A DNA stretch of 62,345 nucleotides, filler included. It is 7 parts of 7 records of this genome, joined end to end, with 100 filler letters (N's around TTAATTAATTAA, not from the genome) between each part and the next. Parts side by side here need not be neighbours in the genome. Positions count along the whole stretch, not along the records: positions 35,356 to 46,795 come from SRR31156797_30122; positions 46,896 to 57,072 come from SRR31156797_30127; 5 more parts are not named here. One strand, written 5' to 3'. The stretch's first letter is position 1; each line of letters opens with the position of its first letter. The notes beneath the pieces are model-generated. The model worked only from the letters and a program-made list of their open reading frames with translations. It was not told the origin of the DNA and did not search any database. A program made the translations under genes and the position numbers. Of this stretch, positions 43,040-52,250 are shown in pieces.

Positions 43040-43444
43040 ATGCATATTCACAAACCGACAAAAGAACAGTTGCAGCCCTTACTCGATGAGGCTTGCTCAA
43101 AGCAAACAGAGGAGCAGTGGATCGAAAGGCTTCTTGAAGCAATAAAAACAGTTCTTCAAAAACAACCACTGCGGTATCGAGGGTATGGGGCCTACTGGTG
43201 GTTGCTCAAAAAAATGTTTATCGAAAGAGGGTTCCTGGACTTCGGAGAGCATGTGGACCTCCAGTGGCATGAGGCTATGGATTACGGGGATGAGAAATTC
43301 AACCTGGCCGCTGCCTTTGCCTATGAGGATGCCAGGTTTGAAATCGTCAATGTTTATGACAGCTATCACACCCTGAATACCGGTGCGGGCTCTATTGATT
43401 ATGTCTCAGCGGATGAGGACATGGAGTTGTTCGGAAGAAAATGA
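43040..43444 (+). CDS. ulx: Ulx-like protein (DarB incorporation factor in P1)
   Basis: KP...L...TEE, P..YRGYGAYW..KK...ERG...FG..VD pattern recalled from P1 Ulx; lies directly after darB. Confidence 0.7.
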   Translation: MHIHKPTKEQLQPLLDEACSKQTEEQWIERLLEAIKTVLQKQPLRYRGYGAYWWLLKKMFIERGFLDFGEHVDLQWHEAMDYGDEKFNLAAAFAYEDARFEIVNVYDSYHTLNTGAGSIDYVSADEDMELFGRK

Positions 43445-43482
43445 TGTGATCGCAACACGCAAAGAGGTTTGAGGCTTCGTCC

Positions 43483-45156
43483 ATGCCCGAAAAGAAAAAA
43501 AGAAAAAAAGTTCAAAAAGTCAGCCTATGGAACAAATTATTTGGCGGCTACAATGAAGAGCGTAACGAGCAGAGCTCCGACATTACCGAAGCCAACCCAC
43601 AAGGCAATGTCCATGGGTTGGCCCCTTTGCCGGGAAACCTTCTGGCGCAAAAAGAGGTCATAGGCGCTTCGGAGATCGGGACCGCCGAGGCCGAGCAGTT
43701 CAAGGATCAATTTCCGACGGAAAGGCTGGCTCAATATGGGTTCCTGTCAACCATGGATCGTGATTCAACCATAAGCGCTGCAATTACCCTGCATGTTAAC
43801 CAGGCGCTCAGCGCCAAGACAGCGACAGGTGAAATAGTCTCCATTGAGTCCACGTCCGACAAAGACAATATGTATGTCAAGGATCTCCGTGATACGTTTA
43901 AGGAAATCATAAATAAAAATTGCCAACAATGGGCCTACAATGCCGCTTTAAATGGCGTATGGTATGTTCGACCTTATGGTGCTCAGGGAGTCGGGATAAA
44001 GCATATACGGAGCGATTATTACACGCATCCTCGTTTTATAAAAGAGTATGAGCATGGTGGTCAGTTGGCCGGGTATACCCACGCCTACCAGGATGTTGCC
44101 AAAGAGGGGCGGGTGGAACTCATGGCCCCCTGGAAGTTCGTCTCCTTTAAGGTTCCCAACATGAAAAATGATGGATTGGTTGAGCCGATCAGATTTGATC
44201 AGGAAAAATTTGATATCGGGGACGATGACTGCCTGAATGAGGAACTTGTAGAGACACAGAACTATGGCAAATCGATCATTGAAACTGCCTTCGACCCATG
44301 GTTTGATCTGCAAAACGCCATCCTGAGCCTTAACATGAGCAGGCGTAATGCCGCACGGCTTGAGCGCGTTGTAGGGGTAAATACCGGCAAGCTTTCCCCG
44401 GTAAAGGCGGCTGAATATCTAAATTCGGTTTCATCCCAACTCAAGAAGGCCAATGAACAGCACGCCAGGCAATCGATAACCAAGGGTTTTTTCCAAACAG
44501 TTGTGAATCACCTGATTCCCATCTTTGGGGACCGTGGAAGGCTGGACATCTCCACGGTTGAGGGGTCCCCAAACATTGAGGGGCTTGAGGATGTGATGTT
44601 TCATGTAAAAAGGCTTGGCGGTGCCCTGGGGATAGATCCGTCCTTGCTCGGTTTTGGAGACATGCTTTCCGGAGGCCTTGGGGAGGGCGGGTATTTCCGA
44701 TTGTCGATAATGGCGGCCATAAAATCAAATCTTATTCGCCAGGCGATCAGAGACGGTATTGAGGAGCTGTTCAATATCCACATCGCCTACAAATACGGAA
44801 AATATTTTTTACCCGGGCAACGGCCATGGAGGCTTGTTTTCAACTCTATTTCTACGGCCGTTGAGCGCGAGGAGATGGAGAATATGGAAAGTCGGGTTAA
44901 CTATGCAACCATGCTATCAACTTTGGTGCAAACTGTAGATCCCGAATTTTCAAAAATGGACTGGAACGCCTTCAATAATTATTTATGGACGGATATCCTG
45001 AAGGTTGATGAAGAGAAGTACTCTGCCATGTTTCCCAAAAAAATAAAATCAGAAGTTCCGCCAAACGAGGAGGAGCCGGTGCTTGAATCGGCAGTGGAGG
45101 AGCATGTGAGTAGGCTAATCAATGAATTCTATGAAAAGGAGGGGCATTGTGCCTGA
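43483..45156 (+). CDS. prt: Phage portal protein, P1 Prt-like
   Basis: 557 aa directly before the protease; ETQNYGKS, LGGALGIDPSLLGFGDMLSGGLGEGG and HIAYKYGK motifs. Confidence 0.75.
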   Translation: MPEKKKRKKVQKVSLWNKLFGGYNEERNEQSSDITEANPQGNVHGLAPLPGNLLAQKEVIGASEIGTAEAEQFKDQFPTERLAQYGFLSTMDRDSTISAAITLHVNQALSAKTATGEIVSIESTSDKDNMYVKDLRDTFKEIINKNCQQWAYNAALNGVWYVRPYGAQGVGIKHIRSDYYTHPRFIKEYEHGGQLAGYTHAYQDVAKEGRVELMAPWKFVSFKVPNMKNDGLVEPIRFDQEKFDIGDDDCLNEELVETQNYGKSIIETAFDPWFDLQNAILSLNMSRRNAARLERVVGVNTGKLSPVKAAEYLNSVSSQLKKANEQHARQSITKGFFQTVVNHLIPIFGDRGRLDISTVEGSPNIEGLEDVMFHVKRLGGALGIDPSLLGFGDMLSGGLGEGGYFRLSIMAAIKSNLIRQAIRDGIEELFNIHIAYKYGKYFLPGQRPWRLVFNSISTAVEREEMENMESRVNYATMLSTLVQTVDPEFSKMDWNAFNNYLWTDILKVDEEKYSAMFPKKIKSEVPPNEEEPVLESAVEEHVSRLINEFYEKEGHCA

Positions 45157-46153
45157 AATAATAAAGTGTCGATTTAATTTGTTTGATGAGGGTAGGGACT
45201 ATACCGGGCATCACCGGCAGTATGTGTTGGAGAACGCCCGAAAGGTTTGTTATTCCCCTGCAACCAGGGAAGGGCTCAGACTTCGGGAAAAACTCGGGTA
45301 CCTGGGGCACGGTAGGCGGGAGATGGCCGGGAAGGTCCGGATCGGTGAAGTTGAAAAGGTGGAGCTGCCGGATGGAACGATGGCCGTGGTTGAAAATGTC
45401 CCCAGCAATGTAACAGTCTTCTTTGAGATTGATCAGAAAGGGAATGTCGACCACCACCAGGAGGTCCTATCCGAGAACGCTCCGGGGAAGGTGGTTTCCG
45501 GGCTGAATAAATCCAGGGTCGGTGGTTTTTCCTGGGCCATGGCCGGCATGGACGGGGGAGCTCATGGCGCCACCCGTGTAACATCCTTTGAGGGGTTTGA
45601 TTACGTGATGAACCCCGGTTTTTCGGCAAACAGGGGGTATGTGCTGGAATCTGCAGATGGCAAATCAAAGGACATGGTCCTGGAGAGTATCTGCAAAATG
45701 GGTGTTGAAGACAAGCTTGCCGACAAATACCTGGAAAGCTGGACCGCCTCTGCCCAGGCGTATGCCATGGAACTTGAAGATCGGTTGACGAATGCTGAGA
45801 TCTATGAGTCCGCTTTGCGGGAAAAGAACGAGACCCTTGATCTTCGGGTGAAGGAACTGGAAGAGCAGGCCCAGGCAAGGCGAACGCTGATCGCTGAATG
45901 TGCCAGGAACCATGCCGTGGTTGTCCCGGAGAACGTTGCAGATGCCCTTATCGGCATGACCAGTGAGGAAGATTTTGAAACCGTTATCGGCTTTTTCGAG
46001 GCTGCCGGATCCGTTGATTTGTCAAGGTACCCGTTACCAGGTGGTAAGCGGGAGAAAAGAGTTGTTCCTGCTTATCGAGGGGAACCGGCTGCACCTGAAT
46101 ATGGGCAGGCTGCTGCTGCCGTTGAGTTTGAGGAGACGGTCTTCATTCGGTGA
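45149..46153 (+). CDS. pro: Prohead (head-processing) protease, P1 Pro-like
   Basis: RQYVL, EGLRL, GYLGHGRR, NVP, GGFSWA and SFEGFDYVMNP match recalled P1 Pro; GTG start after GGAGG; coiled-coil C-terminus. Confidence 0.8.
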   Translation: MPEIIKCRFNLFDEGRDYTGHHRQYVLENARKVCYSPATREGLRLREKLGYLGHGRREMAGKVRIGEVEKVELPDGTMAVVENVPSNVTVFFEIDQKGNVDHHQEVLSENAPGKVVSGLNKSRVGGFSWAMAGMDGGAHGATRVTSFEGFDYVMNPGFSANRGYVLESADGKSKDMVLESICKMGVEDKLADKYLESWTASAQAYAMELEDRLTNAEIYESALREKNETLDLRVKELEEQAQARRTLIAECARNHAVVVPENVADALIGMTSEEDFETVIGFFEAAGSVDLSRYPLPGGKREKRVVPAYRGEPAAPEYGQAAAAVEFEETVFIR

Positions 46154-46223
46154 TTTTGTTTCCTTCCCCAGGTCAGGAGCCCGTTGCGATGCCGGCTCCT
46201 GATCCGGGGACAAAGCCTCTGTT

Positions 46224-46421
46224 TCAGATTTCGTCTTTTTCAGCTGCACGGAGTTTTTCCTCGATAGCCTCTGCCAGGAATTCCTGGATCTTCATTTCAT
46301 TTAGAGCGCAAAAAACACGCATTCTTTTATGGAGATCCTTGTTTATTTTGGCATTGAGGTGGGACATATTTGATGCTGTGGCTTCGGCTGGTTTTTCAGA
46401 GCTATCTTTCTTTTGTGGCAT
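46224..46421 (-). CDS. Ribbon-helix-helix DNA-binding protein (ParG/CopG-like)
   Basis: Flexible N-tail, then HLNAKI-NKDLHKRMRVFCAL-NEMKIQEFLAEAIEEKL. Confidence 0.75.
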   Translation of the reverse strand: MPQKKDSSEKPAEATASNMSHLNAKINKDLHKRMRVFCALNEMKIQEFLAEAIEEKLRAAEKDEI

Positions 46422-46435
46422 ATCTGATCCTGTTC

Positions 46436-46502
46436 TTTTTAAATTTTAAACTTTTTTGAAAGTTATCTTTGTTAGAGTATGGCTTTTAGCCATATTTTTC
46501 AA
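46436..46502 (-). promoter_or_regulatory. RHH gene promoter with palindrome and 8-bp units
   Basis: Minus strand TTGAAA-17-TACTCT; TATGGCT-TTT-AGCCATA (46478-46494); AAAAGTTT AAAATTTA downstream. Confidence 0.45.
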
Positions 46503-46530
46503 GATAAAAAGGAGGGAAATTGGAGGGGCT

Positions 46531-46660
46531 GTGAAAGAGGTCGGGCCGGTCCCTGGGGATCAACATCCGGCGGGGCGGTAACTGGGATCAGGACGGGGAA
46601 CCGGTCACTGATCAGGACTTCCAGGACCTGGTTCATTATGAAATTGAGGAGGAAGGATGA
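46531..46660 (+). pseudogene. C-terminal remnant of an M15-family peptidase (endolysin-like)
   Basis: GRSLGINIRRGGNWDQDGEPVTDQDFQDLVHYE; frameshift near 46543 and no N-terminal part. Confidence 0.6.
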
Positions 46661-46693
46661 ACATAAGCTGACTACGGAGGTGGCGTAATGGTT

Positions 46694-46730
46694 AAGGGTT
46701 CCCGCAAAGCAGGGCGGGGGCCCTTTTTTT
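46694..46730 (+). terminator. Intrinsic terminator
   Basis: AAGGGTTCCCGC-loop-GCGGGGGCCCTT followed by a T-run. Confidence 0.65.
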
Positions 46731-46795
46731 ATTCGAGTGTTTATCTCCAATAAACTTTAATTTTGATGGTAGCATCCTTGCTATTTTTTTGATCA

Positions 46796-46895
46796 NNNNN
46801 NNNNNNNNNNNNNNNNNNNNNNNNNNNNNNNNNNNNNNNTTAATTAATTAANNNNNNNNNNNNNNNNNNNNNNNNNNNNNNNNNNNNNNNNNNNN
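46796..46895. other. Artificial contig spacer
   Basis: N-run with linker. Confidence 0.99.
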
Positions 46896-47123
46896 GTCGT
46901 TGTGCTTGCCGCCGGCGCGCACGCACTTCTGGGAGGTAACAGCGGTGGTGTAGTCCCGCTTCTCGTCCCCTGTAAATACCCGCTTGAACTGAACCATGCC
47001 GGCATTGGTAAACAAAAGGGTGGGATCATCACTGGGCACCAGGGAGGAACTTCTCACATGGTTGTGGTGATGTTTCTTAAAAAACTCTATAAAAATCTTA
47101 CGTGCTTCATTGCCTGTCATCAT
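46896..47123 (-). CDS. alaS: Alanine--tRNA ligase, 3'-truncated
   Basis: [21 protein letters not shown] and [12 protein letters not shown] motifs. Confidence 0.96.
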
Positions 47124-47131
47124 CTACTCCT

Positions 47132-48166
47132 CTAGTTCGCTGCCGCCTCGCCGTTCTCCTGGGGAACCGATCCGGAAATTCCAAGTGCCTCTCTCACCCG
47201 AGCCTGGATCTTTTCAAACAGGTCGGGGTTGTCCTTAAAAAATGCCTTGACGTTCTGACGGCCCTGGCCGATTCTCTCCCCGTCATAGGAGTACCAGGCA
47301 CCGCTCTTGTCGATGATCCCAAGTTCAACACCCATGTCAAGCAGTTCCCCTGTTTTTGAGATACCCTCTCCGTACATGAGATCAAACTCCACACTCTTGA
47401 ACGGAGGCGCAAGCTTGTTCTTGACCACCTTGATCTTGGTCCTGTTTCCAAGGACCTCCTGGCCCTCCTTGATGGCCGCGGCCTTCCGGATCTCGATCCT
47501 GACGGAGGAGTAGAACTTCAGGGCGTTTCCGCCTGTGGTTGTCTCGGGATTTCCATAGACGACCCCGATCTTCATACGGATCTGGTTAATGAAGATCAAG
47601 GTGGTGTTTGTCTTGCCAATGGTCGCCGTGAGCTTTCTCAGGGCCTGGGACATGAGCCTTGCCTGGAGTCCCATGTGGGAATCTCCCATCTCGCCCTCGA
47701 TCTCAGCCCTTGGCACCAGGGCCGCCACCGAGTCGACGATCATGATATCAACGGCGCCGCTTCTCACCAGCATGTCCGCGATCTCAAGGGCCTGCTCACC
47801 GGTATCGGGCTGGGAGACCAGCAGTTCATCACAGTCCACACCAAGGCGTTTGGCATAGGCGACATCCAGTGCGTGCTCGGCATCGATGAATGCCGCGATC
47901 CCGCCCTGGCGCTGGCACTCGGCCACGGCATGGAGGGACAGGGTGGTCTTTCCCGAAGATTCCGGGCCGTAGATCTCGATCACACGCCCCTTGGGAAACC
48001 CGCCCACTCCCAGTGCCTTGTCAAGGGCCAGGGAACCGCTGCTTATCACCGGCACCGCCTGGACCTCCCGAGCCCCGAGCTTCATGATGGAGCCCTTGCC
48101 GAACTGGCGCTCGATCTGGCTCATTGCCGTCTGTACGGCCTTATCTTTTTCTGTAAAATCCGCCAT
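47132..48166 (-). CDS. recA: Recombinase RecA
   Basis: [30 protein letters not shown] and GGNALKFY motifs. Confidence 0.99.
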   Translation of the reverse strand: MADFTEKDKAVQTAMSQIERQFGKGSIMKLGAREVQAVPVISSGSLALDKALGVGGFPKGRVIEIYGPESSGKTTLSLHAVAECQRQGGIAAFIDAEHALDVAYAKRLGVDCDELLVSQPDTGEQALEIADMLVRSGAVDIMIVDSVAALVPRAEIEGEMGDSHMGLQARLMSQALRKLTATIGKTNTTLIFINQIRMKIGVVYGNPETTTGGNALKFYSSVRIEIRKAAAIKEGQEVLGNRTKIKVVKNKLAPPFKSVEFDLMYGEGISKTGELLDMGVELGIIDKSGAWYSYDGERIGQGRQNVKAFFKDNPDLFEKIQARVREALGISGSVPQENGEAAAN

Positions 48167-48196
48167 CTAAAAAATCCCCCAAACCCTATATATAAA

Positions 48197-48646
48197 TTAA
48201 AATATTATTCTTAAAACAACGGCACTCAAAAGGCCCGCGACAATGTCGTCCAGGACGATGCCCGGCCCGCCGGTAAACCGTTCCTCAAAATTTCTCACCG
48301 GCACGGGCTTGACAATGTCAAACACCCTGAAAAGCAAAAACCCCGCAACCAGGGTCCAGCCCGTCACGGGCATGCCTGCCATGGCAACGGTGTAACCTGC
48401 GACCTCGTCCAGCACAATGGATCCCGGATCCTTGACACCCATGATGGCCTCGGCCTCGTCACAGATCCACACGGACGCAACGATCAGGGTCACCACCGCA
48501 AAAACGGCCCACCCCTCACCCAGCCAGCCAAACAGGAATATCAAAGGAAGTGCGGCCAGGGTACCGAAGGTTCCCGGGGCCTTGGGTATTTTTCCAAGCC
48601 CCCCTCCCAGGGCCGCCGCCATGATCAACTTCTCTTTTAGATTCAT
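48197..48646 (-). CDS. pgpA: Phosphatidylglycerophosphatase A
   Basis: APGTFGT, DPGSIVLDEVAG, FRVFDIVKP and GIVLDD motifs. Confidence 0.93.
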   Translation of the reverse strand: MNLKEKLIMAAALGGGLGKIPKAPGTFGTLAALPLIFLFGWLGEGWAVFAVVTLIVASVWICDEAEAIMGVKDPGSIVLDEVAGYTVAMAGMPVTGWTLVAGFLLFRVFDIVKPVPVRNFEERFTGGPGIVLDDIVAGLLSAVVLRIIF

Positions 48647-48657
48647 AAACCTTTTTT

Positions 48658-49863
48658 TTATAGCCTGCTCTGGTTCATGTCAAGGCATAGTTGCGCGTAA
48701 ACATCCTGGAGGGCGATCTTTTTCTCGTCCGCCACCCTGCGGCACACCTCATATTCGGGAATCATGCGGACACTGCCGTCGGGATAGGTGACCTCCTTTG
48801 CCTGAAGCCGGCCAAAGGCTGTGTCCACAACGACCTCCCTTCGCTTCAAAAGCGCCCGCTCCACCTGGTGGTAGCGAACCCCGGTGGAGGAACTCTGGGC
48901 CAGGATCAGCTCAATCACCCGGTCGAGCCTGTCCCGCTTGCACAGCACCTCGAGCCGTGTCCCCGGCCGGTTCTTTTTCATCTGCACGGGAATGTGGCAC
49001 ACATCCAGGGCGCCTTCATCAAACAGCTTTTCCATGAGGTAACCCGATATCTCACCGCTCATGTCATCGGTGGAGGTCTCGACCACAAACACCTTTTCCG
49101 TGGAAATGGTCTCCCTTTGCCCTTTTTCATCCCCGGTTCCCAGGACGACCCGCAAAAGATTGGGCAGGCCCGAATCGGACCGCCGCTTGCCCGAGCCATA
49201 CCCGATGGCGTCAACCACCATGGAAGGCATGGGACCGAAGGAGTCGGCAAGGGTGGTGATGATGGCGGCCCCGGTGGGGGTAACGATCTCCATACCGATG
49301 CCGGAATCCCGCACCGGAATCCCCTTCAGGATCGCCAGGGTTGCAGGCACGGGAACGGGAATCGTGCCGTGGCTGCACTTGACAAAACCGTGGCCCAACG
49401 GAATCACGGAGGCGTGAACCCGGGTGATTCCCAGGCGCTCCGCACAGAGGAACGACCCCACGATATCAACGATGGCATCGATCCCCCCCACCTCATGGAA
49501 ATGGACGGATTCAAGGTCGGAACCGTGGATTTTGGACTCCGCAATGGCGATCTTCTCAAAGGCCGCAAGGCTCTGGGCCTTGACCCGGTCCGACAGGGTC
49601 GACGCTGAGATCAGCCGCTTGATCTCCTTGTAATCCCTTGCATGACCATGCCCATGGCCATGATCATGGTCATGGGCATCCACAAAAAGATCCATCCCCC
49701 GGATCCCGTTCTGCCACACCGCTTCGGTACGGATATCGAACCCGTCCAGGGGCAGGGCGGAAAGCTGCTCCTTCAGCCAGTCCACAGGCACCCCAAGGTC
49801 CACAAAGGCCCCCAGGGTCATGTCACCGCTTATGCCTGAGAACACGTCAAAATAGGCAATCAT
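48658..49863 (-). CDS. larC: Nickel pincer cofactor biosynthesis protein LarC
   Basis: SGISGDM, His-rich insert, VHFHEVG.IDAIVD, TPTGAA, MKKNRPG and PEYE motifs. Confidence 0.92.
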   Translation of the reverse strand: MIAYFDVFSGISGDMTLGAFVDLGVPVDWLKEQLSALPLDGFDIRTEAVWQNGIRGMDLFVDAHDHDHGHGHGHARDYKEIKRLISASTLSDRVKAQSLAAFEKIAIAESKIHGSDLESVHFHEVGGIDAIVDIVGSFLCAERLGITRVHASVIPLGHGFVKCSHGTIPVPVPATLAILKGIPVRDSGIGMEIVTPTGAAIITTLADSFGPMPSMVVDAIGYGSGKRRSDSGLPNLLRVVLGTGDEKGQRETISTEKVFVVETSTDDMSGEISGYLMEKLFDEGALDVCHIPVQMKKNRPGTRLEVLCKRDRLDRVIELILAQSSSTGVRYHQVERALLKRREVVVDTAFGRLQAKEVTYPDGSVRMIPEYEVCRRVADEKKIALQDVYAQLCLDMNQSRL

Positions 49864-49866
49864 GGG

Positions 49867-51012
49867 TTAAATCTCCCCCCGGGCATGGATGGCGATGATC
49901 TCAAGCAGGATCTCCGCGGTGTTGACCATGTCCGAAAGCTTCACGTTCTCCTTGACCGTATGCACATCGGTCATGCCCGTGCCAAGCACCCCTGCCACAA
50001 TGCCCTTGCCAAAAAGGACATTGGCATCGGCGCCGCCGCCGATGGTCTTGGTCTCCATGTTTTTGCCCAGATTTTCAGCGGCCTTTTGGGCAAGCCGCAC
50101 GACACGGTGGTCCTCGGAAATCTTGGTGGCGGGATAATCCTGGTCAAGGACCACCTCGATCCTGGGCAGTTCTTCCCCCTCTTTCCTGAAATTATCCGCG
50201 GCATGGTGGAACGCATTGATCATGGTATCCGTGACCTTTTTGAGCTTTTCCGAATCATGGCTCCTGGCCTCGCCGGCAACAGTGACAAACTCCGGAATGA
50301 TGTTGGTGGCCTTTCCACCCTGGATCTTACCGATATTGCAGGTGGTCTCGCTGTCGACCCGGCCCAGCGCCAGGGAATCAATAGCCTTTGCCGCAACTGA
50401 AATGGCATTGATGCCAAGCTCCGGTTCCGCCCCTGCATGGGCGGCCTTTCCAAACACATTGATACTGAACCGTGTGGATGCGGGCGCCCGGGTCACAATC
50501 CCATCCGTGTCGGTTGAATCAAGGATATAACCGATCTTGGCATCCATGAGGGAGAGATCCAGGTTCTTGGCCCCCATGAGCCCGATCTCCTCGCAGATGG
50601 TAAACACGATCTCAATGGGCGGATGGGGCAACCCCTTTTCAAGAATCACATCCATCACCTCCAGGATGATGGCAAGGGCGGACTTGTCATCGGCACCAAG
50701 GATGGTGGTGCCGTCACTCCTGAACACACCATCTTCAAACACCACCTTGACCCCCCTGCCCGGTTCCACCGTGTCCATATGACCGGAAAGAAACAGGGGC
50801 TCCGCATCAACCGAGCCTTTGAACTTTGCCACCAGGTTACCGGTATCGCTGCCAACCTTTTCACCGGCGTTGTCAAAACAGACCTCCGCCCCCATTCCTT
50901 TTAATATATCAGCAAGCTTGTCGGCCAGCACGCCCTCTTCCCTGGATACGGAATCCGTTTCAGCAAACATTGTGAACAGTTGGCTCATTCTCTCGGTATC
51001 GATCATTTCCAA
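49867..51012 (-). CDS. M20 family metallopeptidase (peptidase T-like)
   Basis: HMDTV, LGADDK, EEIG, HAG, GGADAN and VHT motifs. Confidence 0.9.
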   Translation of the reverse strand: MEMIDTERMSQLFTMFAETDSVSREEGVLADKLADILKGMGAEVCFDNAGEKVGSDTGNLVAKFKGSVDAEPLFLSGHMDTVEPGRGVKVVFEDGVFRSDGTTILGADDKSALAIILEVMDVILEKGLPHPPIEIVFTICEEIGLMGAKNLDLSLMDAKIGYILDSTDTDGIVTRAPASTRFSINVFGKAAHAGAEPELGINAISVAAKAIDSLALGRVDSETTCNIGKIQGGKATNIIPEFVTVAGEARSHDSEKLKKVTDTMINAFHHAADNFRKEGEELPRIEVVLDQDYPATKISEDHRVVRLAQKAAENLGKNMETKTIGGGADANVLFGKGIVAGVLGTGMTDVHTVKENVKLSDMVNTAEILLEIIAIHARGEI

Positions 51013-51471
51013 AAAACCTCTTCATATCAGTTAACGGGGCGGCTTTTTTTTCATCCTGCCCCATATAAAACAAAAACAATTAACATTTTTCTCTGTAAAT
51101 ACTAAATTTCCGGTCGAAGTGCTACAGAAATCAATTTTTTAAGGGGTTCTCTCTTTGTCGCGGTCATGAAAAATACAGCCCAATCCCGATGCCATTATCA
51201 AATCAAGACATTTGTTGCATGAGATACAGCGGGGCAGGAGCAAGGTCATCACTCAACTCCGCAACCGGGAGACCGCATACAGAATCAATCATGCCGGAAG
51301 GGCCGAACAGCGCTTATTTTTCCGGCAAAATGGCCGGATTCAGGGTGGAACCACAATGCAGCAGCTGGGCGCCCCCGGAACTGATGTCGTCCATGTGTTG
51401 ATTGACTTCAAAACTCTGAAAATGTTAGGGTATCAATCAACTTTTATCACAGACCCCCAAAGGCGCTCTCC

Positions 51472-52206
51472 ATGAATTGGCTTACCAAACAAACATTTTG
51501 GTTACTGAGCTTCTGCCTACTATCCGTCTCGTTTACGGCTGCTTCAGAAGTACATCTTGAGGTCGTAACGGAGAACTGGAGACCCTACAATTTCGAGGAA
51601 GGCGGCCAGATAAAGGGAACCTCCACCACCATTGTCAAAAAGGTTCTGGAAAAATCCGGATTAAAATACACCATTCGGGTCTATCCCTGGGCCAGGGCCT
51701 ACGATATGGCCCAAAAGAAAAAGAACTGCATGATATACAGTATCTTAAGATCCCCCCTGAGAGAGGGACTATTTAAGTGGATTCGCCCCCTGGGAGCTGT
51801 CGGGACCGTATATTTATATCGTCTCCGCTCGAATAAAGGGCTTAACCCTGCAACCATTGAAGAATCAAAGAGCTACCCTATAATAGCCCAGCGGGATTCA
51901 ATAGAGCATATCTGGCTGAGGGCAAATGGATTTAAGAACATCTACTTAACCGCAGAGGTGTCCCAGATCGTTCAACTCTTTTTGCGGGGCAGCCGCAGTC
52001 TGATCGTCTATAGCAATATTGCCCTTCCGATAGAGCTAAAAAAACAAGGCGCAAGCATGGATCAAGTGGTGGCGGTATTGCCCCTGTTTACCACCATTCC
52101 ATATATGGCCCTGAGCCGCTCTACTTCAGATGAGATTCTGCAACGCCTCCAAAAGGCCTATGACACCCTCCTCCGGGAAGGGGCCATTACCATCCTTAAA
52201 AACTGA
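51472..52206 (+). CDS. Periplasmic substrate-binding protein (family 3-like)
   Basis: Signal peptide; VTENWRPYNF, YPWARAY and REGLFKWI motifs. Confidence 0.8.
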   Translation: MNWLTKQTFWLLSFCLLSVSFTAASEVHLEVVTENWRPYNFEEGGQIKGTSTTIVKKVLEKSGLKYTIRVYPWARAYDMAQKKKNCMIYSILRSPLREGLFKWIRPLGAVGTVYLYRLRSNKGLNPATIEESKSYPIIAQRDSIEHIWLRANGFKNIYLTAEVSQIVQLFLRGSRSLIVYSNIALPIELKKQGASMDQVVAVLPLFTTIPYMALSRSTSDEILQRLQKAYDTLLREGAITILKN

Positions 52207-52250
52207 GAGGGACCGACTGGTACCATCAAAATTAAAAGGGCTCTCGAAAG

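Larger units (their letters stand above)
35356..46795. mobile_element. Fragment of a divergent P1-like phage or phage-plasmid (antirestriction and head module)
   Basis: Whole contig holds DarB-, Ulx-, portal- and Pro-like genes; no housekeeping genes. Confidence 0.85.

Noticed and set aside
46460-46469. AAGTTATCTT resembling the P1 late operator AAGTTACTT
   Set aside because: Needs an insertion to match and is not seen upstream of darB or the portal.
46560-46600. RRGGNW resembling a DGR variable or template repeat
   Set aside because: No second copy and no reverse transcriptase; downstream residues fit an M15 peptidase.
51189-51475. Short ORFs or a possible gene remnant between the M20 peptidase and the SBP
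   Set aside because: No frame examined gave a recognisable family; BLASTX would be needed.
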